This document shows positions 18,400 to 28,700 of a stretch of DNA of 64,000 nucleotides, in pieces. Both the position numbers and the translations under genes were made by a program. The stretch spans positions 140,074-204,073 of the forward strand of contig JAVEYK010000001.1 in assembly GCA_034003505.1 (NCBI GenBank), written 5' to 3'. The first letter of the stretch is position 1. Each line of letters starts with the position of its first letter. This stretch comes from Anaerolineaceae bacterium (lineage in GTDB: Bacteria > Chloroflexota > Anaerolineae > Anaerolineales > Anaerolineaceae). Below the pieces are notes generated by a model. That model worked only from the letters and a program-made list of their open reading frames with translations. It did not search any database and was not told the origin of the DNA.

Positions 18400-20493
18400 T
18401 CATTGTTTAAGAATGACCCTTCCATCCAACGCCAGGCAGCCATTTTCCAGTACCAATAAAGGATTGATTTCTATTTCCTCTATTTCCTCAAAATCCACTG
18501 CTAATTGACTTAATCGTAAAATCGTATCGACCACGGCATCAAGATCTGCCGGCTTTTGCCCGCGATACCCAGTCAATAATTTTGCAGCGCGCGTGGTTTG
18601 GATCATGTCATACGCATCACTTCTTGTTAGTGGTGCTACCCGAAAGGATACATCCTTGAATAATTCAACAAAAATACCACCCAATCCAAACATCATCATC
18701 GGTCCAAAACCAGGGTCACGTTTCATTCCGATGATAACTTCCTGACCCTTCGGCGCCAGTGCTTCTATCAGGACTCCTTCGATTCTAGCCTTTGGCATCT
18801 TTTCCCGGATTTGTGAAATCATCTCCTGAAATGCTTGCCTGACAGATTCAGCATCATTCAGACCAAGTTGAATGCCGCCTACATCCGATTTGTGTAAAAT
18901 ATCCGGCGAATTAATTTTCATAACCACCGGATAACCAATCTGATTTGCCACCTGAACGGCATCTTCTACACTTAAAGCAACGTCAGCAGGAATTAATGGG
19001 ATGCCATAAGCTTCCAGGAGCGGACGGGTAAGAACTTCTCCCATGCTGCCTAAATGCATAGCCTGATCAATGATCTCTTTCGCCAGACTCTTTTTGACAG
19101 TATGGACAATAGCGGGTTCTTCAACAGGTTTTTTCAACCAATTTGCGTACACCTGCATAGCCCCCAGAATCGTACCCACACTCTCAGGAAAAACAACCAT
19201 TGGCACTTTTCGGTGGTGAAGAAGTTTTCTGGGTTCTAAAACAAGTGAATCGCCCATGAATACAGCAATGACTGTTTTTTCAGTTCCTCCGGCAATCTGT
19301 GAGATTTTCTCAGCAACATCCACTGGATTTACAAGTGCTTGGGGAACAAGAATGGGAATCACCACATCCACATTCGGGTCATCCACCAATAATTGCATGG
19401 TCTGCTCATATTCATGTGGCTCGGCACCACCCAACATATCCACCGGGTTTGCAACCTGGGCACTGGGATTTAATATTGCACTGATAGCATGCATGGTCGC
19501 TGCTTCTAGATCAGCCATCACAAACCCATTATTGGCCAGACTATCGGACAATAACGCTGCCGGGCCACCAGAGTTTGTCAGAATAGCTACCCGATTGCCT
19601 TGAGGAGGTTTTTGCAATGCAAATGCCTGTGTTACCTCAAATAAATCATTAACAGTCTGAACTTCCACTACGCCACTTTGAACAAAAGCAGCCTGGTAAG
19701 CTGCATGGCTTCCCGCCAAAGAGCCAGTATGAGAAGAGACTGCTCTGGCTCCGGCAGAAGTTTTACCTGCTTTAAGAAGCACAATCGGTTTCTTTTTCGT
19801 GACTTTTTTGGCAGCTGTGATAAATTTTTGACCATCCCGAATTTGCTCCACATAAGCAGCAATCACACTCGTGTGAGGATCATCTGCAAGATATTCAATC
19901 ATATCGGTCTCAGTCACATCAGCTTCATTCCCAAGACTGAGAAAATGTGAAAAACCAATCCCTTTCCCCCGCACGTAATCGACCACACCACCTAACACAG
20001 CTCCGGACTGTGAAAGAAAGCCAATTCCTCCTGTGTCTGGCACACCAGAAATAAAAGTCGTATTCAGACCTGTGTGCAGGCTCATTGTTCCCACACAATT
20101 AGGGCCAACCATCCGCATGTTGTGTTCTTTTACAAACTGCAGAATTTTCTTTTCTAAAGCTTCCCCTTCCGGTCCCAATTCCTTGAAACCACCTGAGATG
20201 ACAGTAATTGCCTTGATCCCCCGCTTTTCACAATCCTGAATTACCGGAAGAATAATTCCTGCTGGTAATACAATAACTGCCAGATCAACTGGATCAGGAA
20301 CACTCAGAATATCCGGATAGCAACGAAATCCTAATATATTATCGACTTTTGGGTTGACGGGGTAAATTCCCCCCTTGAATCCATACAACGACAGGTTTTT
20401 AACAATCCCATAGCTGAGTTTATTGGGTTTGTTTGTAGCTCCGATAATTGCCACACCATCTGCGTCAAAAAAAGGTTTCAGACTATTTTCCAT
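18400..20493 (-). CDS. ADP-forming acyl-CoA synthetase (fused alpha/beta; acetate--CoA ligase family)
   Basis: 697 aa. N-terminal CoA-binding VAIIGATNKP, the phosphohistidine region SHTGSLAG, and a C-terminal ATP-grasp domain. Placement directly upstream of iorAB is typical of arylacetyl-CoA-using ACS enzymes. Confidence 0.8.
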   Translation of the reverse strand: MENSLKPFFDADGVAIIGATNKPNKLSYGIVKNLSLYGFKGGIYPVNPKVDNILGFRCYPDILSVPDPVDLAVIVLPAGIILPVIQDCEKRGIKAITVISGGFKELGPEGEALEKKILQFVKEHNMRMVGPNCVGTMSLHTGLNTTFISGVPDTGGIGFLSQSGAVLGGVVDYVRGKGIGFSHFLSLGNEADVTETDMIEYLADDPHTSVIAAYVEQIRDGQKFITAAKKVTKKKPIVLLKAGKTSAGARAVSSHTGSLAGSHAAYQAAFVQSGVVEVQTVNDLFEVTQAFALQKPPQGNRVAILTNSGGPAALLSDSLANNGFVMADLEAATMHAISAILNPSAQVANPVDMLGGAEPHEYEQTMQLLVDDPNVDVVIPILVPQALVNPVDVAEKISQIAGGTEKTVIAVFMGDSLVLEPRKLLHHRKVPMVVFPESVGTILGAMQVYANWLKKPVEEPAIVHTVKKSLAKEIIDQAMHLGSMGEVLTRPLLEAYGIPLIPADVALSVEDAVQVANQIGYPVVMKINSPDILHKSDVGGIQLGLNDAESVRQAFQEMISQIREKMPKARIEGVLIEALAPKGQEVIIGMKRDPGFGPMMMFGLGGIFVELFKDVSFRVAPLTRSDAYDMIQTTRAAKLLTGYRGQKPADLDAVVDTILRLSQLAVDFEEIEEIEINPLLVLENGCLALDGRVILKQ

Positions 20494-20519
20494 TTAGGTC
20501 TCCTGAACTTTAAATGAAA

Positions 20520-20888
20520 TTAACCACCAGCTTTTTTCACCTGGTAGCCTTTTTCCTGTAATAATGTTAAAGCAGTATCGCGTACATCCCCTTGTATCTC
20601 AATGATCCCATTTTTTACAGCACCACCGACACCACAATGTCTTTTTAAATCTCTGGCAATTTCCTTTAACAAATCTTCGTTTGGTGGAAGTCCTTCGACT
20701 AAGGTAACCGTTTTTCCCCCTCTCCCCTTGCGTTCCAATCTCAAACGAAGTATGCCATCTCGTTTAATCGTTAGATTATTTTTTTTCTTTTTGCAATTAC
20801 AAACTTGTAATGGTTTTCCACAATTGGGACAAATCCTGCCTTGTTCTGTTGAATATACGGTTCGATTATCATCTCGATTGGTTCGCAT
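20520..20888 (-). CDS. SUI1/eIF1-family translation factor (YciH-like)
   Basis: Matches the C-terminal SUI1 pattern (RKGRGGKTVTLV.GL...L..L...LK..CG.GG..K...IE.QGD). ATG at 20888 is preceded by GAGG. Confidence 0.8.
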   Translation of the reverse strand: MRTNRDDNRTVYSTEQGRICPNCGKPLQVCNCKKKKNNLTIKRDGILRLRLERKGRGGKTVTLVEGLPPNEDLLKEIARDLKRHCGVGGAVKNGIIEIQGDVRDTALTLLQEKGYQVKKAGG

Positions 20889-21072
20889 GAAAACCTCAAA
20901 CAATTGTTTTTAAATAACATGAATACGATTCTGTAAAATTTTCAAATAAAAAATGAAATATAAAAAAATACTCGATTAAAGCATCCGAGTCTCTTTCCAT
21001 TATACAGAAGATATTTGGAATTAAAGTTAATCAAAGTAATTTTATTTTTATTAGTATTGTCAAATAATGCGG

Positions 21073-21107
21073 AACCAAAAAACCGGCTTTACACCGGTTT
21101 TTTGGTT
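21073..21107 (-). terminator. Terminator after the third Hsp20 gene (symmetrical, could act in both directions)
   Basis: AACCAAAAAACCGG (21073-21086) pairs with CCGGTTTTTTGGTT (21094-21107), with a 7-nt loop. Confidence 0.7.
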
Positions 21108-21114
21108 TCTATTC

Positions 21115-21612
21115 TTATTTCGTGACAATTGAGATTTTTTTCTTTTTTTGAGTTGGATCCGGCCGTTTTGGTATATTGATTGTTAAAACCCCGTCCTTGA
21201 AAGTTGCTTCAATTTTGTTATCGTCTACAGTGTCCTGTAGAGGTATTTCCCTCCTGAATTGACCGGAAAACCGTTCGATACGATGATATTGTCTTCCTTT
21301 TTCTTCTTTCTCTTCCTCTTTCTTACCGGATATTGTAAGAACATTTTGGCTGAAGGATAATTCTATATCTTTTTGATTCAACCCTGGCAAATCTGCAATG
21401 ATGGTATATTCTTCCTCTGTCTCACTCAAGTCTATTCTGGGTGAAAAGATATCATCTCCTTCATAAAAATCCATGTCAAATGGTTGATCCCAATAGTTAT
21501 CCAGATAACGATTCATTCGTTCGCGCATTTGCCAAAAGGGATGATCTTTATACGAAGCCAGTTCATTTCTTTTTTCACCCCTTCTTCTGGGAATCATACT
21601 CCTTCTGATCAT
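21115..21612 (-). CDS. Hsp20/alpha-crystallin small heat-shock protein (3 of 3)
   Basis: Alpha-crystallin domain (PRIDLSETEEEYTIIADLPG..F.DGVLTINIPK). AGGAGG lies 5 nt before the ATG. Confidence 0.9.
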   Translation of the reverse strand: MIRRSMIPRRRGEKRNELASYKDHPFWQMRERMNRYLDNYWDQPFDMDFYEGDDIFSPRIDLSETEEEYTIIADLPGLNQKDIELSFSQNVLTISGKKEEEKEEKGRQYHRIERFSGQFRREIPLQDTVDDNKIEATFKDGVLTINIPKRPDPTQKKKKISIVTK

Positions 21613-21632
21613 TTTGTCCTCCTTTTCTTAAT

Positions 21633-22046
21633 TTACTTCTTTGCTGCCTTAACAGAAATTTTTTGGGTTACTTTTTCCGATTTTGGTAACATGAGTTTTA
21701 AGACTCCATCTTTAACTTCAGCAACTATCTTTTCCTGATTAATCTCATTCGAAATGTTGAATTTTCTTTTAAATCCACCAATTCCATATTCTGCATACGT
21801 TAGTGAATAGTCTTGTGGTTTTTCAGCATTCACTTCGGCTTCGATGCTTAATACGTTCTTCTCTAAAGTGATATCAATGGAGTTCTCATCTGCACCAGGA
21901 ATATCCGCCAACAGATGGATTGCTTCGTCTGTCTCATAAATATCTATCCGAGGAACATATAAGCGTGCGTCCTTTATTCTTTCTGTGTCATCTTGTTCAA
22001 CAATTTCTTGTTTCTGAATCTCAGCATTATTCATTTGGTCTGCCAT
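21633..22046 (-). CDS. Hsp20/alpha-crystallin small heat-shock protein (2 of 3)
   Basis: PRIDIYETDEAIHLLADIPG..VKDGVLKLMLPK. GGAGGTGA SD. Confidence 0.9.
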   Translation of the reverse strand: MADQMNNAEIQKQEIVEQDDTERIKDARLYVPRIDIYETDEAIHLLADIPGADENSIDITLEKNVLSIEAEVNAEKPQDYSLTYAEYGIGGFKRKFNISNEINQEKIVAEVKDGVLKLMLPKSEKVTQKISVKAAKK

Positions 22047-22059
22047 AAATCACCTCCAT

Positions 22060-22515
22060 TTATATTGCTTTTACAGTAATTTTGCGAGGTTTATCTGATT
22101 CTGCTCTTGGTAACCAGATCTTAAGAACCCCTTTTTCATAATTTGCTTCCACTTTGTCTACATCAACAGGGAAAGACAATTGGATAGTGCGACTGAAACT
22201 ACCATACCCGCGTTCTTGACGATGATAGCGAACATTTTCATCATCGGCAGGGGCGGGTCTTGATCCATTAATAGTCAATGTTTCTCCCACTACCTTGATA
22301 TCCAGATCGTCTACATTCATGCCGGGGATTTCAGCTGTAATAACCTGCCCTACATCTGCTTTTGTCCAGACGTTCATGGCTGGAAAATCATAGCTGTTTG
22401 GTGAACGATCCAAAAAACGGTTTGTGAGTCTGCTATTAAACATCTGATTCATCTCTCTTTGCAATTTATCCATTTCTTCCCATAACGACGGTGAAGATTT
22501 TCTGTGATAGATCAT
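22060..22515 (-). CDS. Hsp20/alpha-crystallin small heat-shock protein (1 of 3)
   Basis: PAMNVWTKADVGQVITAEIPG..YEKGVLKIWLPR. I chose the start at 22515 (MIYHRK..), 7 nt after AGGAGG. The track start is 22530. Confidence 0.85.
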   Translation of the reverse strand: MIYHRKSSPSLWEEMDKLQREMNQMFNSRLTNRFLDRSPNSYDFPAMNVWTKADVGQVITAEIPGMNVDDLDIKVVGETLTINGSRPAPADDENVRYHRQERGYGSFSRTIQLSFPVDVDKVEANYEKGVLKIWLPRAESDKPRKITVKAI

Positions 22516-22702
22516 AAAAAGCCTCCTCATTCATAGATTGTTTTATCTTCAATTTAACTCGTTGATATAAGAGAAGTAATAACAAATTATTAAAAATTTG
22601 TAAAAATGATTCAGGTTTTATTTAATTTTGTACAATAAAAGTACTTACAATTGACAGGAATCGTATCGATTCATCGAAAAGCGCGTCATATAAGGTGAAA
22701 AC

Positions 22703-23245
22703 ATGTCTATCATTGAAGAAGATGAAGGTTTGATCTCAAGAATACAGGAATTTGATATGAGCGCTTTGGAATGGGTTTACGATCAATACAATGAAGCGAT
22801 CTACAGGTATGGCTACCGCTTACTGGGATCCCAGGATAGAGCCGAGGAATGTGTTGCTGAAACATTCAGCCGCTTCCTTCAGGCACTCAAAAACGGGAAA
22901 GGTCCTAAAAAGTATGTGCGACCTTACTTGTATCGAATGGCTCACAACTGGATTACAGATCAATACCGGCGTGCAATTCCAGAAGATGAGGGACTTCCAG
23001 AAAATCATCCATCACAAAATAATTTTCCGGAAGAGATCGCCATTGATCGGTTCGAGTGTCAGAGAATCCGAAAGATATTGCTGGATCTTCCGGAAAATCA
23101 ACGTCAGGCCATCGTCCTCAAATTTCTGGAAGGTTTGGAAAATCAGGAAATCGCAACAGCAATGAACAAACCGGTTGGTGCGGTTAAAGCCCTTCAACAT
23201 CGTGGTTTAAAGACATTAAGAAAGAAATTAGAGGTGAAGCTATGA
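22703..23245 (+). CDS. ECF-type RNA polymerase sigma factor
   Basis: Sigma-70 region 2 (YRYGYRLLGSQDRAEECVAETF) and region 4 HTH (LPENQRQAIVLKFLEGLENQEIA..VGAVKALQHRGLKTLRK). Confidence 0.85.
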   Translation: MSIIEEDEGLISRIQEFDMSALEWVYDQYNEAIYRYGYRLLGSQDRAEECVAETFSRFLQALKNGKGPKKYVRPYLYRMAHNWITDQYRRAIPEDEGLPENHPSQNNFPEEIAIDRFECQRIRKILLDLPENQRQAIVLKFLEGLENQEIATAMNKPVGAVKALQHRGLKTLRKKLEVKL

Positions 23246-24255
23246 ACAATTTGGAAAATGATATCAAACAAAAACTTGACAGACTGGATGAAATTCCGGA
23301 AAGAAATCCTTTGAAAGTTCAATCAGCTAAAAAGAATTTCATGTCCGAAGCACGCCAGTTAGCAGGTGAAGCACCTATTTCTATTCCTAAAAATTCATGG
23401 TGGAACCAACGATCGACCAGGAAGGAGACTTTTCCAATGAAACTTATTACAATCGCAACAATTCTCGCACTCTTATTGGGTGGTGGGATTTCAGCAGTAG
23501 CTGCACAAGACAGCTTACCAGGAGATATTTTATACCCCGTCAAGACATTCGTTGAAGATATTGAGTTGAAGATCACAACTGACCCTGAAACCCAATTTGC
23601 CATTGCTTTAAAACATGCAAATTATCGATTTGACGAAATCAATACGTTGGTAGGGGAAGGTAAAATTGTGACAGAAGCCCAGTTATTTGAATGGCAACAT
23701 GCCTTTCAAAGAGCTTTACAACAGGGAGTTGAAACAGAGGATCCTGTTGGAAAACTACTTATGGTGCAACAACAGCTCCAGCATCAAGAACAAATGATGA
23801 ATAAAGGACCTTCTGAAGATGGTCCGTATCAAAATCAATTTGAACGCATGTTGAATTACCAGGCAGGCTTATTAGATGCTGGTCTTGAAGAACCAGGATT
23901 ACTGTCCAGTGAACTTAAATTCATGGCCAATTATTCCGAACAATACGGCGAAGAAAAATTAGAAGATGTCTGGATGAACCTGTATAAGTTTGGCGCGGAC
24001 GATACCGAAGAATTGGTTGGGAAAGTCCAGAACCAGGGTGAAATCCAACAACCAGTTGAGGATCCATTCATGTGGATGCATCTTATGGGAAATCGATTAT
24101 CCGAAATTGAACCAGGTGGATATGACCAGGATGGTTCTACTGGCGGTGCCAATAATTCAAACAAGAATCATCCTAATGGCGGTAATCAGGGTGACAATGA
24201 CAACGGCAATAACGGTGGTAGCGGTGGCAATGGAAGTGGAAACGGAGGAAAGTAA
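23242..24255 (+). CDS. Putative anti-sigma factor: single-pass membrane protein with DUF5667-like ectodomain and Gly/Asn-rich tail
   Basis: Its start overlaps the sigma stop (ATGA). One TM helix (LITIATILALLLGGGISAVAA) followed by the LPGDILYPVK motif. The C-terminal ~45 aa are G/N/S low-complexity. Confidence 0.55.
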   Translation: MNNLENDIKQKLDRLDEIPERNPLKVQSAKKNFMSEARQLAGEAPISIPKNSWWNQRSTRKETFPMKLITIATILALLLGGGISAVAAQDSLPGDILYPVKTFVEDIELKITTDPETQFAIALKHANYRFDEINTLVGEGKIVTEAQLFEWQHAFQRALQQGVETEDPVGKLLMVQQQLQHQEQMMNKGPSEDGPYQNQFERMLNYQAGLLDAGLEEPGLLSSELKFMANYSEQYGEEKLEDVWMNLYKFGADDTEELVGKVQNQGEIQQPVEDPFMWMHLMGNRLSEIEPGGYDQDGSTGGANNSNKNHPNGGNQGDNDNGNNGGSGGNGSGNGGK

Positions 24256-24312
24256 TCAAAACTCCACTGATAATCAGATCATCATCTGAGTGAGAAAAAA
24301 TATTTTTGAGTT

Positions 24313-24345
24313 GGGCTGCTACGGAAACGGAAACAGCCCTTTTTT
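24313..24345 (+). terminator. Terminator after the sigma/anti-sigma pair
   Basis: GGGCTG (24313-24318) pairs with CAGCCC (24334-24339), followed by TTTTTT. The loop is rather large (15 nt). Confidence 0.45.
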
Positions 24346-25525
24346 ATTTCTCCCTTTTACCAAAAATCGCAGGTAATAGTGGAATTGCCAATAAATTTAG
24401 ACTGGCAATAATTACAAATGTCCAGCGATATCCCACGCCATCTGCCAGCAAACCAGCCATTGCAAGTCCAATGCCGGTGCCAATATTGGCGATCGCCATA
24501 AGAATCGAGAACATGGAGGCCGCAATTCGAGGATCTGATCTTCGCATTGAAATGGAAAAATAAACCGTCTCATAATAACCAAACGCTAAACCAAATACAA
24601 AAACCAGAGGCCAGGCGATCCCTGCCGTGGGGGTAAAAGAAAATACTGCTACGGAAACGAAGGAGATAACCAATGCGATTTCGACAGCCCGCCTTTGCCC
24701 AACTCTGTCAGTTAAAGGACCACCTGTCACCCCACCCACAACAACGCCAATCCCCCATATTGTTGTAAAAAATCCAGCCATCATCACCGAAATACCAAAA
24801 TCGGATTGAAGAAAAGGGTTAATGATTTCATTAGCAGCATTAATGATTAAGGAATACAAAGCACCTAACAATCCCAGGGCAATAATGGGCCAACGCTTGA
24901 AGGCGGTAAAAGCCTGCCACTCAAATTTTTGACCAGCCTTGCGTGGTGGTTCTTGGAAACCAATCACAAAAACCATTGGTAAAAGTGTCAGAATTGCTAA
25001 AAGCCAGAAAGCAGCCCTCCAGGATACATTTTGTGCCAATACTCCAATCAAGCTGGATAGAACCACAACCCCCATCGCTCTGCCGCCAACCATGATCCCC
25101 TGTATCCTGCCGGCTTCTTCTTCAGGCGTGATATCTAAAGCAAGTCCATCTGTCGTGGTATCGTACATGGCCATACCTGTCATGACAAGAAATGCAATGA
25201 ATCCATACATTGCAAAATTCTTTCCAGGATCAATAAATGGAACGATGATTAAACAAACAGCCTGAATCATCAAACCAATCATAATGTAAGGTTTGCGATG
25301 TCCCATTTGAAACAGATTAACCCGGTCACTTAAAATGCCCAGAAATATCTTCAGTACAAAAGGGGTTAATGCTATACCACTGATTAAGCCAATCTGACCC
25401 AGATTGAGACCAAAAGATAACAGATAGATGGCGTTTAAAGCTGTAAAGTAACTTAATACCGAACCTTGCGCAAAATACAAGAGCGCAAACATGCTGTATC
25501 TGGTCAGTTTTGAGGGTTCTCTCAT
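24344..25525 (-). CDS. MFS transporter
   Basis: 393 aa with about 12 TM helices, and a GILSDRVNLFQMGHRKPY loop motif. Confidence 0.75.
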   Translation of the reverse strand: MREPSKLTRYSMFALLYFAQGSVLSYFTALNAIYLLSFGLNLGQIGLISGIALTPFVLKIFLGILSDRVNLFQMGHRKPYIMIGLMIQAVCLIIVPFIDPGKNFAMYGFIAFLVMTGMAMYDTTTDGLALDITPEEEAGRIQGIMVGGRAMGVVVLSSLIGVLAQNVSWRAAFWLLAILTLLPMVFVIGFQEPPRKAGQKFEWQAFTAFKRWPIIALGLLGALYSLIINAANEIINPFLQSDFGISVMMAGFFTTIWGIGVVVGGVTGGPLTDRVGQRRAVEIALVISFVSVAVFSFTPTAGIAWPLVFVFGLAFGYYETVYFSISMRRSDPRIAASMFSILMAIANIGTGIGLAMAGLLADGVGYRWTFVIIASLNLLAIPLLPAIFGKREK

Positions 25526-25640
25526 ACCAATTCCTACTTTGCGATAAAATTACTTAATTCTTTGGATTTTAAGAAGTATAGAATTGATCAAAACTTAAGT
25601 CAAAAGAAATGCATGGATTTTTAGATGAACCTATGTCTGC

Positions 25641-25669
25641 TTGTCAATCAATCATTTATTGAGTATAGT
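25641..25669 (+). promoter_or_regulatory. Putative sigma-70 promoter
   Basis: TTGTCA (25641-25646), 17-nt spacer, TATAGT (25664-25669), 50 nt upstream of the start codon. Confidence 0.4.
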
Positions 25670-25718
25670 CAATGGGAATTTTGCGCGAAATTGAATTACA
25701 ACCTGAGGTGAAAAAGGT

Positions 25719-28700
25719 GTGGAGACTGTCTGTATGAATGCTGAAAAATCATCCAAAATCTGGCTGGATAAACCAGTTTCTGATTTCCTGCCAAAACTGA
25801 CAATTGAAAATCTAATCATCATTATCATCATCCTGCTGGCTATTGTCAGCCGCTTCTATGATTTAGGAGCCCGGGTAATGAGCCATGATGAAATCAATCA
25901 TGTTGTGCCCTCATGGGACCTGGCAACAGGCAAAGGATATACCCAGGATCCCGTCACGCATGGCCCTCTTCAATTTCATTTGATTGCGCTCACTTACTTT
26001 ATGTTCGGGGATTCGGATTTCACTTCTCGTGTACCGGCAGCACTTTCCAGTGTCATCGCTATTGTTTTGATTTTATTTCTCTTCAAACGTTATCTTGGCA
26101 AATATGGCCATTTGATTGGCGGATTCCTGTTCTTAATTTCTCCCTATTTGCTTTTCTACAGCCGATATACTCGTAACGAAGGCTTAATTGAACTGATCGC
26201 TGTTCTCATGATCTACGCTACTTTACGGTATTTAGATCGAGGGGATACATTGTCATTGTTTTTATTGACCATTTCGCATGCCTTAAATTTTGCCGCCAAA
26301 GAAACCGCATATATCTACATCGCAATTCTTCTATTATTTCTGGCATTTCAATTCTTAACCGAAGTCATCCGCGAACACTGGCTCACCGTCAAATCCCGGC
26401 AATTATTTGTCATTTTGACCGTGACCACATTGGGATTGTTATTCGCCGGCATCATTCTGGGCTACATCGGGGCAAAACAGAATCCCACCAATGAAACGGG
26501 GGAATTAATTTCCCAAACAGCATCCAATATTGGTTTATTTTCCAGCCTGACAGTCTTACTTGCTATTTTGATTGGCATTGCTACCGTTTTTGTTCTGGTT
26601 AAGGGGATTGGTCTGAATGCAATTCGTCATTTACGAACATTTGACTTGTTAATTCTGAACGGCACCATCGTTCTGCCGCTCCTGGTTGCATTCCCCATTA
26701 ATATCTTTGGTTCGCTTCTTGGACAAACCTGGAGACCCACTGATTACTCAACAATGGGCATGGTTAGAATTGGCATTGGACTGCTGGTACTCGGCGGGAT
26801 TGCTGCCGCCATTGGATTATGGTGGAATCGAAAATTATGGCTCAAAAATATGGCAGTATTCTGGATTATTTTTACCGTTTTTTATACGACCTTCTTTACC
26901 AATGGCAAAGGCTTTTTTACGGGTGTTGTTGGCTCATTAGGTTACTGGCTGGAACAACAGGCAGTAAATCGTGGTACCCAACCACTCTATTATTATGCCT
27001 TCTTACAAATGCCTTTTTACGAATACCTGCCAATTTTCGGTTTCCTGATTGCTGTCATATTCGGATTGATGCACTTACGCAAATCGAGTTTGCCCGTTTC
27101 AGTACCGCTATCACCCCTAACCACGAATGAGTCACTTTTATTGCTTCAAACAAAAGAGAATGACGAAATTATCGATACTCATGTACCGGATGAAACAACT
27201 TCGGATCTTGAAGCCGATTTGATTGTAGATGATCAGATGGAAAGGGTTTCAAAAGAAGATCCGTTTTCATTTTCCCAAAACCATTATCGGGTACCAGTGC
27301 TTTTCCTTCTGGCTTTTTTCTCTGTGATGAATTTACTGGCATATAGTCTGGCAGGTGAAAAGATGCCCTGGCTCACTGTTCATATTGCCCTTCCATTTGT
27401 GCTCACAGCTGCCTGGGGTTTTGATAAATTGATATCGCAAATACCATGGCAAAAATTTCGAACCGGGAAAAGTTGGTTGAGTCTCCTTTTGTTACCGGTC
27501 GTCATAACCAGTCTGGTAGGGTTTGTGGGCGCACTACTGGGACCCATACCGCCTTTCCAAGGAAATTCCCTGGAACAATTACAGGTAACCAGTACATTTA
27601 TTATGTCCATGATCGTACTGGTGCTTTCAATGTATGGATTTGTCTATTATTTACGAGAATTAAAATGGATCGGGATTGCCAGGTTAATGGTTTTAGCTTT
27701 TGCCTTTTTATTGACCATTTTAACCATCCGCACAGCTTTTATGGCATCCTTTATCAATTACGACAATGGAAAAGAATTTTTGGTATATGCACATGCAGAC
27801 CGAGGTCCAAAAGACATATTGGCACAGGTAGAAGAGATTTCAAAAAGAACAGTAGGCGAGAAAAAAATCAATGTGGCTTACGACAACGATTCCTTGTATC
27901 CCTATTGGTGGTATTTCCGTGATTATCCCAACAAACAGTGGTACACAGATAAACCCACCCGGGATTTGCTAAACTCCCCTATTATTCTCGCGAGTGATCA
28001 AAATTACTCCAAAATCGATGCTTTGGTAAAAGATGAATATGTGAAATATGACTACATCCGGCTGGTGTGGCCAACCCAGGATTATTATTTCTTAACCTGG
28101 GACCGAGTAAAATATGCAATTACAGATGCCAATATGCGCTCTGCACTTTTCCAGATTTGGTTAAGTAAAGATTATAGTAAATATGCTGAAATTAAAGGCC
28201 GAAGCGATCTTACCGTAGCAACCTGGTCTCCTTCAGACTCTATCCGTATGTATCTGCGTAAAGACGTCATTGGTCAGATTTGGAACTATGGATCAATGCC
28301 GGCGGTTGTGTCTGAACCCGTCGTAGATCCTTATGAAGGTAAAATTCAGTCCCTGCTGCCTGATCGTATGATCGGAAGTTTCGGGAAAGAGGCCGGTCAA
28401 TTGGATGCGCCTCGTGGAGTAGCCATCGGGCCGGATGGATCGATTTATGTAGCCGACTCGCGCAATCATCGCATTCAGCGCTTTGCTGAAGATGGCACCT
28501 TCCTGAATATGTGGGGCAGCTATGCAGATATCCTTTCCGGCGATGCCCCTCAAGGAACTTTTAATGAGCCGTGGGGAATTGCTGTTGGCTCAGATGGTTC
28601 AGTATATGTGACCGACACATGGAATCACAGGGTTCAGAAATTCACCGCCGAAGGTGATTTTATTACCATGTGGGGTTACTTTGGTGCAGCCGAAAATCCA

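Noticed and set aside
22516-22702. I searched the hsp20 / ECF-sigma intergenic region for CIRCE (TTAGCACTC-N9-GAGTGCTAA), HAIR-type repeats, or a GGAAC-N16/17-CGT ECF promoter.
   Set aside because: None is present. The only near match, GGAAT...CGTC, has a 22-nt spacer, and TTGACA at 22651 has no acceptable -10 box at 17 nt. A TTTACA-N17-TATTAC candidate on the minus strand is too weak to list.
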